A stretch of 64,000 bases of DNA from Octopus sinensis (lineage: Eukaryota), in assembly GCF_006345805.1 (NCBI RefSeq), contig NC_042997.1:111476001-111540000 (forward strand). Reading direction: 5' to 3'. The stretch's first letter is position 1; each line of letters begins with the position of its first letter. The notes beneath the pieces were generated by a model. That model ran no database searches, was not told the origin of the DNA, and saw nothing but the letters and a program-made list of their open reading frames with translations. Both the position numbers and the translations under genes were made by a program. This document shows positions 1 to 11,083 of the stretch, one piece after another.

Positions 1-84
1 GAGTCTGGTGCAGACATCTGGTTCGCTAGACCTCAATCAAATCATCCAACCCATGCTAGCATGGAAAGCGGATGATGATGAGAC

Positions 85-98
85 ACATATATATACAT

Positions 99-131
<33 letters not shown>

Positions 132-214
132 ATAATTATATATACATATAATATTTATTATATATACATATATATATACATAATTATTATAATTATTAGA
201 TATAATAATATTAT

Positions 215-248
<34 letters not shown>

Positions 249-302
249 ATAATTATTATATATACATACATATAGAGATACATATATATATACATAGACA
301 CA
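85..302. repeat. (AT)n/(AC)n/(ATA)n microsatellite tract; similar tracts at 31289-31368, 48055-48127, 60636-60670 and within many SINEs
   Basis: Direct reading of the simple repeats. Confidence 0.95.
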
Positions 303-399
303 CATGAGCTGTGAATGTAGAAGACTTGGTAAGACTGGAAAGAAAAGAAGCTAGCATGCTCTGTTAGATGTGCAATATAAGTGGACTTGAACGAGAGAA

Positions 400-545
400 T
401 ATGTCGAAGCAAAAACTGGGAATAAGAGGAAACAGATGTACAAAAGAAGGAGATTGTGCTGATGAGGATACGAGGTGGACGAGGACAAGAGTGTGTAAAG
501 AAATGCCAATTACTTAATGTGGCTGCCAGTTGTGGAAGTGGAGGA
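400..545 (+). mobile_element. Degenerate RTE-like LINE fragment
   Basis: Broken frames KLGIRG... and ECVKKCQLLNVAASCG resemble the RTE post-RT region. Confidence 0.4.
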
Positions 546-614
546 TATGGGATGAAGAGGTTAAGACTTATCTCGAGATCTTGAATCTCATGGTGGAGAT
601 CATAAACAACTGGT

Positions 615-1184
615 ACATTATTTACATTTGTCAGATATTTGTCCTTATCTTGTTTGTTGTTAACACAACATTTCGGCTGATATACCCTCCAGCCTTCATC
701 AGGTGTCTTGGGGAAATTTCAAACTTGGGTTCTCATTCCTAAGGTATTTTTCAATGTTGTTATTATTATTATTATTATTCAGGTCCCAACGTTGCATTAC
801 TAGCACCTGTGCCGGTGGCATGTGTAAAAAGATTCGAGCGAGGTCATTGCCAGTACCGCTTGACTGGGCCCCATGCCGGTGGCACGTAAAAAGCACCCAC
901 TACACTCTCGGAGTGGTTGACGTTAGGAAGGGCATCCAGCTGTAGAAACTCTGTCAGATCAAGATTGGAGCCTGGTGCAGCCATCTGGTTGCCAGCCCTC
1001 AGTCAAAATCGCCCAACCCATGCATGGAAAGCAGATGTTAAACGACGATGCCTGGAATCGAACTCGGAATATTGGGGTTAGTAGCCTGCACTCTTAACCA
1101 CTACACCATACAAACAAGATGAGGACAAATATCCATCAAATGTAAATGATGTAAATAATTCCTCATCTCTTAAATCTAGAACTG
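615..1184 (-). mobile_element. Penelope-like non-autonomous element (tRNA-like head + hammerhead-containing terminal repeat + inverted tail), interrupted by a SINE at ~785-1049
   Basis: Minus strand order: tRNA-like head (1110-1050), (AAT)n, then a repeat containing CTGATGA..GAAA (707-662). An inverted partial copy of the repeat lies at 1111-1184. Same architecture as 10707-11083. Confidence 0.7.
662..707 (-). ncRNA. Minimal type-I hammerhead ribozyme motif (family 1)
   Basis: GACAC CUGAUGA A GGCUG-gaggguauau-CAGCC GAAA UG UU GUGUU. Core intact, 5-bp helix II, helix I GACAC/GUGUU, near-absent helix III. Confidence 0.7.
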
Positions 1185-2300
1185 TGTAAATAACTGGGAT
1201 GTTAGGCAACATGGGATTCTTAAGACTCACCCACCTCTGTGACACTGATTCCTTGAAGCAGTGTGTGTGTGCACAAAGGGGCCCCCTTGCCTGATCTCAC
1301 ATCATCACCTATACCCATCCACATTGTATATTAACGATTACCATTTAATGTCGATGTTTCGTGCTGGGATGGGTTGACAGGAGCTGCAAAGATCAAGAAC
1401 TGCAACAGGTACCATTGTTTGTTTTATATGGCATTGGCACTAGTGAGAGTACCATGTAGTTCACAAGTCTACGGACACAAGGAATGGAAGGATGCTGCAT
1501 CATTATGTTAGATGGGGGTTAAGGTATGAGGGAAGCATGTGGGAGCAGAGCAGGTGCTTGTAGACAAGGAGACAGGCAGCAGTGTTGAGGTATCCAGGTG
1601 GTACCTCAGGTAGGGGGAGCAGGAGTGGATGGAGGGGGAAGTGGGAGATGGACAGACACTTCAGCTTCTAGTGTAGACTGTGATAATGTCTGTCCTTGGA
1701 ATAAACACACAAAAAAAGACAGTGTATCACGATCATCCAACACACAAATTCATTAACAAACAATAAGCGTTCTCATTATAGTGTGGGCTTAGGTGCAGGC
1801 GTGGCTGTGTGGTAAGAAGTTTGCAGCCCAACCTCATGGTTTCAAGTCCCACTGTGTGGTACCTTTGGAAAGTGTCTTCCACTATAGCCTCAGGATGACC
1901 AAACCTTTTTGAGTGGATTTGGTAGATGGAAAGTGAAAGAAGCCCGTGTGTGTGTTTGCCCCCTACCACTGCTTGAAAAACGGTGTTGGTATCTTTATGT
2001 TCCAGTAACTTAGCAATTCGTCAAAAGGGATCGATAGAATAAGTATTGAGCTTTAAAAAATGTACTGGGTTCGATTCACTTGACTAAACATTCATGGCTC
2101 TGATAAAATATGTATACATGATGTGTGTGTATGTGCGATTAGGGATCGATAGAATAAGTATTGAGCTTTAAAAAATGTACTGGGTTCGATTCACTTGACT
2201 AAACATTCATGGCTCTGATAAAATATGTATACATGATGTGGTGTGTGTATGTGCGATTATTTTTATATTCGCATGTGTACGTGTGGGTGTGGATATAATG

Positions 2301-2331
<31 letters not shown>

Positions 2332-3436
2332 TCAGTCATTTGATAGCGGCCATGCTGGAGCACCGCCTTTAGTCGAATAACTCGACCCCCAGGACTTATT
2401 CTTTGTAACCTAGTGCTTAGCAGTTCAGCAAAAGATACCGATAGGATACGTTACGGTTGCAAAGCAATGGTAGGGGGAACAAACACACAAAAACATACAT
2501 ACACACACACATATATATACGATGGGCTTCTTTCAGTTTCCGTCTACCAAATTCATTCATAATGCTTTGGTCGGCTTGAGGCTATAGTAGAAGAAATTTG
2601 CCCAAGGTATCACGTAGTGGGACTGAATCGGTAAGCAAGCTTTTTACTGCACAACCCTTTTTACACACACACACACACCACACACACACACAAGGGGTTT
2701 AGTTCACTGGTGATCTAAACCGAATAGATACGCTGAGTAAGTGCTATAATTGGTCATCCGTTAGGTTCCAAGTTCACGGCAGAGGCTGGAGCTAGGGATC
2801 CGTTTTAGGCTTCCATATGTGTGTTCTATTGTAATTGTTAGGCTGAATTCAACTCAGTGACGGGGTAGAGTCTTTTCGCTAAACGAAAGAAAGAGTGAAA
2901 AAGTCTGGGAATTTTTTTAACAGGAAGTGTACAGTGCAAGGGAGATAACTAGGTGGAAGAAGCATATTTTCGTCTTCCCTTGTACCGAGGCCCCGCCACC
3001 TCCACCACCCTCACGGTCACCTCCTCCACCATCGAATCGAGTCTGTTATTAATTTAAACTTAACGATTTCAAATATAAGCACAACCAGACACTTTGCGGT
3101 TTGGTAGAGTTGATGAAATTGACTAAGAACATTCATCGTTTTTCTAATAAATGTGTTAAATTCGATCTTGGTGGGATTCGAACTCGGAACACAAAGGGAA
3201 ATCATAGGACGCAGCAAATGATTTTGTCGGTTTGTTACCGTTTCTCGCCACCAGGTGGCGCTTTTGTCCCTCTCCACAATTTCCTTCTTCACCAGGTGGA
3301 ACTATTTCCGTCCACACACACATATACACACGCGTGTGTGTGTGTGTTACCTTGTGTACGTGTTTCCTACTGTAGCCTTAGGCCGACCAAACCCTTTTGA
3401 GAGGATTTGGTTGACGGAAACTGAAAGAAGCCTATC

Positions 3437-3480
<44 letters not shown>

Positions 3481-4981
3481 TATTTGTTACCCCCCATCCT
3501 GTCACCACTTGACAACTGCTGTTGATGTGTTTACATCCACGTAACTTAGCAGTTTGGTAAAAGAGACTGATGCAATATATTCCAGGCTTTACAAATAAAA
3601 ATAAGTCCTGAGGTCGATTCGCTCAACTAAAATTCTTCAAGGTGGTACTCCAGCATGGCCGCAGTCAAATAACTGAAACAAGTAAAAGATAAAAGATATA
3701 TATATATATAAACATATTTTTAAGAAGCTTGCTTCCTAACCACATGGTTCAGGATTCTGTCCTACTGCATGGTACATAGTACCTTGGGCAAGCGGCTTCT
3801 ACTATAGATTCGGGCCAACCAAAGCTTTGTGAGTGGATTTGGTAGATGGAAACTGAAAGAAGCCTGTCATATTTGTGTGTGTTTCTGTGTTTTTCCCCAA
3901 CAACATCGTTTGACAACCGATGTTGGTGTGTTTACGTCCCCATAACTTAGCAGTTCGGCAGAATAGACTGATAGAATAAGTACTAGGCTTACAAAGAATA
4001 ATGACTGAAACAAACAAAACAATAAAATTTATATATATATATTTATTTATTCACACACACACACACACACATATATATGCATATACACACATATATACAT
4101 ACATACACACACACATATATATAAATCATCATTTAATGGCCAGGTTCCATTCCAGCATGTGTTGGGCACCAGCACTATGAAATCTGGTATCTGTGGTTGA
4201 AATAAATTGCAATAGTTTTCTTTTGGAGAATCATTTTCATTCCAAAATAGAACTTGAAATATTCTTCATTTATTTTCCTATGATATTAATTTTGGAATCA
4301 TTAAAATCGTAACAAAGAATTTTGATTTGAGTTGCTGGTTTCAAAGAAAGTCGCAACCAGTTTATCTATGTGTGATGTTGTGGTTGTAGTTTAACTCCTG
4401 GTCAACACCATTGAAGAAAGGCACTCCAACCATGACTGCCCTATCTATTTTGAATGTATAGGCAGCTCATGGCTACATTATTCAAACTATCCAAGGTGGC
4501 AAATTGGCAGAATTGTTAGCATGCCAGGTGAAATGCTTAGCGGTATTTCATCTGTCTTTATGTTCTGGGTTCAAATTTCACCGAGGTCGACTTTGCCTTT
4601 GATCCTTTCAGGGTTGATAAATTAAGTATCATACTGGGGTCGATCTAATTGGCTGTGTTCCTCCCCCAAAATTTCAGGCCTTGTGCTTAGAGTAGAAGGA
4701 TTATTCAATCTGTCCCATTTGTAAGAACACAAACCTCACACAATGCAGTGCCTATAATGGAAATACAGACAGAGGTCTTTGTGTCTTGGAAACTCTTTCA
4801 TTCCAGCACAAAAGTTCCAAATGTTCTTGACTTACCTTTCTATAATATTGGTTTTGAATCATTAAGTTTTTAATCTTTTCAGTTATCACACTGTGGCCAA
4901 GCTGGGGCATCACCCTGAGGAATATTTAGTTGGAGAAATTGATTCCAGCACTTCTTGTCTTTTTAAGCTTGGTACTTATTT

Positions 4982-5415
4982 TAATAATAATGATAATGAA
5001 ATTATTGTATACAGTGCTCAGGTGTACCACAACTTGTCAGAAAGTGTGTATAAAGCATATGTAGTAATGTACAAACGTCTGGAAAGTGAACAGTGTATGT
5101 CAGATACATGCTTGCGTATGTATGGAGGGGAGAAAATCAGGTGTAGTGTTGGCAAATCTCAGGGAGCATGGAAGTTTTGAAGGATGCAGTGCTCCGACAA
5201 CAAACAACTGATGCCGGCAGTTTGTTCCATGCTTCAGCAACTCTTTGCATGAAAAAATGTTTCCGAAAGTCATGGGAGCTGTGCTGTTTTCTGACTTTGT
5301 AAACATGTCCACGTTTACAAAGTCAGAAAACAGCACAGCTCCCATGACTTTCGGAAACATTTTTTCACGCTAAGAGTTGCTGAAGTGTGGAACAAATTGC
5401 TGGCATCAGTTGTTA
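4982..5415 (-). mobile_element. CR1/L2-type LINE 3' end with fold-back inverted duplication, inserted in a SINE
   Basis: Minus strand reads GHVYKVRKQHSSHDFRKHFF..RVAEAWNKLP with an (ATT)n tail at ~4982. 5312-5415 is an inverted copy of ~5202-5303. Confidence 0.8.
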
Positions 5416-8004
5416 GGCAGTTTTACCAAACTGCTAAGTTATGGGGACATAAACACACAAAGAGTGGTTGTCAAGCAGTTGTGGTGGACAAATACATACA
5501 CACACACACACAACGGGCTTCTTTCAGTTTCTGTCTACGAAATCCACTCAGAATTTGGTGTTGAAAACACTTGGCGAAGGTGCCACACTGTGGGACTGAA
5601 CCCGGAACCATGTGGTTAGGAAGCAAGCTTCCTACCACACAGCTATGCTGGCACCTAGGTTTAAGAAGATAAAAAAAGGAAGACCATTTCAAAGTGGAAA
5701 GAACTTGAAAAAAGGACATGTGGATATATGTTGGCCATTAGCAAAAATAAGAGGTTTAGAGCAAGGACCACTTAACCGAGTGAATAAGTTTTAAGTAGCA
5801 CTTAATAAATATAAAGAGAATTATGGTGGTGGAGCAGCAAGATGTGACATTTGAAGTTGCCAGACATTGAGGCAATATTTTTGAGTGGTTGTGTGGTAAG
5901 AAGTTTGCTTCCCAACCACATGGTTCTAGGTTCTAGGTTCAGTCTCACTGTGTGCTACCTTGGACAAGTGTCTTCTACTATAGCTTCAGGATGACCAAAG
6001 CCTTGTGAGTGGATTTAGTAGACAGAAACTAAATGAAGCCTAAACTAAAAGGCAGCAAGCTGGCAGAAACATTAGCATGTCGGGCAAAATGCTTAGCGGT
6101 ATTTTGTCTGCCTCTATGTTTTGAGCTCAAATTCCTCCGAGGTCGACTTTGCTTTTCATCCTTTCGGGGTTGATTAAATAAATACTAGTTATGCACTGGG
6201 ATCGATGTAATCGACTTAATCCGTTTGTCTGTCCTTGTTTGTCCTCTCTGTGCTTAGCCCCTTGTGGGTAGTAAAGAAATAGGTATTTCGTCTGCCGTTA
6301 TGTTCTGAGTTAAAATTCTATTGAGGTCAACTTTGCCTTTAATCTTTTCAGGGTTGATAAATTAAGTACCAGTTATGCACTGGGGTTGATGTAATCGACT
6401 TAATCCCTTTGTCTGTCCTTGTTTGCCCCCTCTATATTTAGCCCCTTGTGGGCAATAAAGAAATAAGAAACTAAATGAAGCTTGTTGTGCATGTGTATAT
6501 GTGTCTTTGTGCTTGTGTTTGTTCCCTATGGTTCTGGGTTCAATCTCACAGCATGGCACCTTGGACAAGTGTCTTCTACTATAGCTTCAGGCTAACCATA
6601 ACCTTGTGAGTGGATTTGGCAGATGGAAACTGAAAGAAGCCCATCGCATGTGTATGAGTATGTGTATACCTATGTGTGTGTCTTTATGTCTGTGTTTGTC
6701 CCCCCACTGCAACTTGACAATCGGTGTTGGTGTGTTTACATCCTTGTAACTTAGCAGTTCGGCAAAAGAGACCAATAGAATAAGTACCCGGCTTCAAAGA
6801 GAAACAAGTACTGGGGTTGATTTACTGGACTAAAAATTCTTCAAGGTGGTGCCCCAGCATGATCACAGTCAAATGACTGAAACAAGAAAATGATAAAGAA
6901 AACTTCTCTCATCATTTCACCTTCCCAATCAGCATCTTCTGAATGTCGTCAGCAGTGTTTTAATTAAAATGGTGTTGTCTTCAGGTTTGCATCTTAATGG
7001 TGACGAGGTAGGCAATTTCACAGGAAGTGAAGACCAGTTCCAAAGAATTTAGGACATTCTTAACAAACGATTCCTCAATTCTTTTTGTTTTGATGAAGAA
7101 CATAGAAATACTCTTTTATTCTTTTATTTTCTTTCAGTCATGTGACTACGGCCATGCTGGAGCATTGCCTTTAGTAGAACAAATCGACTCCAGGACTTTT
7201 TCTTTGTAAGCCCAGTACTTATTCTATCGGTCACTTTTGCCAAACCACTAAGTTACGGGGACGTAAACAAAACAGACACACAAACATATACACATATATT
7301 TTATATATATATATATATTTACACACACACACACACATATATATGATGGGCTTCTTTCAGTTTCCATCTACCAAATCCACTCTCAAGGCTTTAGTTGGCC
7401 TGAGGCTATAGTAGAAATCACTTGCCCATGGTGCCATGCAGTGGGACTGAACCCGGAACCATGTGGTTGGTAAGCAAGCTACTTTACCACACAGCCACTC
7501 CTGCACCTGTATGTTTGAGATTTTTGATAAAAAGTATTTACTTTAATAGTAAACAAAAGTTGTTGTTGATGTTACTACAAATGACGAAGCTTATTGTTCT
7601 TGAACTGTAAGTGCCATAGTAATTGCTATCCTGATGTTAGCTGGTCATTGTGTGTTGCAGTTGCTGTCTGTCCATTGTTTTCGGGGATAATCATTCAACA
7701 TTGCAGTGAGAATTATCAATCCATAAGTGTTATGTTTTAATACAGAATTATTAACTTGGATTACATTACTCAAATGCAAGCCAATAATGGAGAGAATATA
7801 TGAGCAGATACAACACAATATATACTCAAAAATACATGCTGATTAAAGAAAAAGCAGAACCTAAAGATGCACGTGCAAAAAGTATCACACCACTTACGAA
7901 ACAAACCAATATGCAAATTAGAAGGCAGTCAAAAGTTCACTTGAAAAGGAAACAAGGTGAAACGCATGAAATAAAGCAGAGTGACTAAACTTAGTTGGAT
8001 ACTT

Positions 8005-8390
8005 AGAACATCATTAACCATTTTACAAACAATAACTCTGAGCCCCTTTTCAAACTCCACCTATCTAACACCCGTGGACATGTTTACAAAGTCAGAAAAC
8101 AGCACAGCTCCCATGACTTTCGGAAACATTTTTTCACGCTAAGAGTTGCTGAAGTATGGAACAAACTGCCAGCATCAGTTGTTAGTTGTCGGAGCACTGC
8201 ATCCTTCAAAACTTCCATGCTTCCTGAGATTTGCCAACACTACACCTGATTTTCTCCTCTCCAAGCATGTATCTGACTCATACACTGTTCACTTTCCAGA
8301 CATTTGTACATTACTGCATATACTTTATACACACTTTTGACAAGTTGTGGTGCACCTGAGCACTGTATACAATAATTTCATTATTATTAT
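8005..8390 (+). mobile_element. CR1/L2-type LINE 3' end
   Basis: Reads NTRGHVYKVRKQHSSHDFRKHFFTLRVAEVWNKLPASVVSCRSTASFKTSM, then a 3' UTR and an (ATT)n tail. Confidence 0.85.
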
Positions 8391-9210
8391 AACATAGAAT
8401 TAAATTAGAGCAATATAACATGGAGAATATCTTGGAATCTTCCAGAAGCTTCTAGTGGTATTTAGTTCTATCCAAGTCCAGCAGACAAAGCTGGAACTCT
8501 GTAAGACTTGGTGAAATAGGGATTTAAGACCTTGCTTTACTCATCGTTGCGAATATTTACCATGGTCTTGTAGAACAATGGAAATAAGCAGGATTTATTT
8601 AATATTATTATTAGAGCTAAATCAGATGAAATATTGATTTCAAAATTTGGCACAAGGCCAGAATTTCGGAGTTGGTGAGATCAGCCCCAGTTTTCAACTG
8701 GTATTTATTTTATTGTCCCTGAAAGGAGAAAAGGCAATGTCACTCTAGACAGAAATTGAACTCTGAACATGGAGGGAGACAAGATGCCACTAAGTATTTT
8801 GTCTGGCACTCCAATGACTCTATCAGCTTGCCATTTTAGATAAAATATTGCCAGAACTAAAACTAAGGAATTTAAAGAGAAAGCATCATTATTGGAGATC
8901 TGATGCTATAACTTTCTAAAAACGTTTCAATGATTTTAGGGGTATGACTCCCTCCTGCCCCTAAACAATGTTATTCTGTTGTCTTTTATATCTCCATGTG
9001 ATGCAAAGTCACTGAAGAGAGTTAAATGTTCCCTTGGATAACTCTTCTTCCAAGTTAAACTCACCTTCCATTAATCATGTTAGATTAGAAGATATAACTT
9101 TGCCATTCCAGAAGTCTGTGAATTTTCAGACTTGTGAGACCAGTGGTGCTCGACCTTTTTTAATATCTGGGCCAAATCTCAAAACCTGGATTTTTTAGGG
9201 GACTGCACAA

Positions 9211-9241
<31 letters not shown>

Positions 9242-10706
9242 AAGCAAAACACAAAGCAAAACACAAGTCAATTAAAGAAAAATTTATTGTATTTATGGAG
9301 GGGAGACCATCAGGGGCTGCTGTAAGGATTCTTGAGGGTCGCATGAGGCCCTGAGAACTGCTGAGTTAGAACATTGGTTAGAATGCCTTGTGGTATTTGT
9401 TCCAATTTTCTGCCGAGTTCAATTCCTGCCGGGGTCATCATCTGTATTTTTCAACCTATCTGGGTTAATAATAAAAAACAGAACAAAACTAACCAATCCA
9501 TAGGACGACTGGCAGAACTCCCAGAACACTGGATTAGATTCCTTCTAGCCTCCGTTCCACATGTCTCGTGTCCTGGCAGTGATGCCTGCAATGACATGTC
9601 ATTCTATAAACTCGCAAACAATTCCATGAATACTTTACCGGGCAACGCTGAGTAGTAAATCTAGTACATCATCATCATCATCGTTTAACGTCCGCTTTCC
9701 ATGCTGGCATGAGTTGGATGATTTTGACTGAGGGCTGGTGAACCAGATGGGTGCACCAGGCTCCAATCTTGATCTGGCAGAGTTTCTACAGCTGGATGCC
9801 CTTCCTAATGCCAACCACTCTGAGAGTGTAGTGGGAGCTTTTACGTGCCACCGGCATGTGGGCCAGTCAGGTGGTACTGGCAATGACCTCGCTCGAATGT
9901 TTTTTCACATGCCACTGGCACAAGTATCAGTAAGGCGACGCTGGTAACGATCACACTTGAATGGTGCCTTTTATGTGCCACTGGCATGGAAGCCGGTTAG
10001 CCGCTCTGGTAATGATCATGCTTGGATGGTGCTCTTAGCATCCCACTAGCACAGGGCACAAATGCCAGTCAGGCGACATATATATAAAAACCAATGGTTT
10101 CATGAAAAGAGTTTAACAATTTTTCAAGTGTTTCACTTAAAAATGTTGGTAATTAGCCTCCATTTTTGTGGCTGTTAAATACACGGTTATGGTGAGGTGA
10201 CTCACTTAATAACTACTGTACTTCTTTTGTGTTGGCGTTGGTCTTATACAAGTATTGGTACAATGTTTGTAAATACTATGTTCAACATAGTTTAATTGCA
10301 TCATCGGAGAACATTTACTTTTGTTAAGTTTGCTCCATGTCAAATGGTTGCATTTTTATGGATGTATACGCATGTGTATACTGGTCATTTTATGAGATTT
10401 ACTCAGACTTTAAATGTTTATAAGTTTATGAAGATCTATTTTGCAAATAGTATGATGTCTTGTATATCTATTATATAATGTTACAGAAATGCAGAGTTTA
10501 GGATTCAAACATGAGTTCTTGAGGTGGAATAGAGAGTGTATATTTATTATGCATATTATTTGTATAAATATATTTTAAATTGATCCTGGCTTGGTAGGTG
10601 GTGAAGTCAGTGAGGAGTCATGCTTGACATTTCTGTTTAAAATGTTGTTTGTATCTGCAAAAGGAAAAGGTATAGTCTCTAATTTTCAAAATGTTAACAC
10701 TTGAAA

Positions 10707-11083
10707 CAGTTTTAAGAGATGAGGATTTATGCACATTATTTACATTTGACGGATATTTGTCCTCATTTTGTTTGTTGTCAACACAACCTTTCAGCTGATA
10801 TACCTTCCAGCCTTCATCAGGTGTCTTGGGGAAATTTCAAACCTGGGTTCTCATTCCTAAGGTATTTTTCGATGTTATGATTATTATTATTCAGGTCACT
10901 GCTTGGAATCGTACTTGGAATCTTGGGGTTAGTAGCCTGCACTCTTAACCACTACTAGGAATGAGAAGCTAGGTTTGAAATTTCCCTAAGACACCTGATG
11001 AAGGCTGGAGGGTATATTAGCTGAAACATTGTGTTAACAACAAACAAGATGAGGACAAATATCTGTCAAATGTAAATAATGTT
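10707..11083 (-). mobile_element. Penelope-like non-autonomous element with two inverted hammerhead-containing repeats flanking a tRNA-like segment
   Basis: Arms ~10733-10859 and 10956-11083 are reverse complements. Hammerhead cores lie at 10780-10825 (-) and 10990-11035 (+), and the tRNA-like segment at 10893-10955 (-). Confidence 0.75.

Noticed and set aside
42-412. ORFs rich in Y/I/C/V/H/T (also 20256, 30184, 47990 etc.)
   Set aside because: Translations of (AT)n/(AC)n microsatellites.
1050-1110. tRNA gene call for tRNA-like segments (also 10893-10955 and SINE heads)
   Set aside because: Truncated, no complete cloverleaf, and embedded in repeats; treated as SINE-type heads.
6985-7007. 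Possible 23-nt plus-strand micro-exon (TTCAG|...GAG|GTAGGC)
   Set aside because: No partner exons or homology; such motifs arise by chance.
5300-8080. Idea that the two CR1 copies share one 5' truncation point
   Set aside because: The 8.0-kb copy continues upstream in frame (IINHFTNNNSEPLFKLHLSNTRGH), so the truncation points differ.
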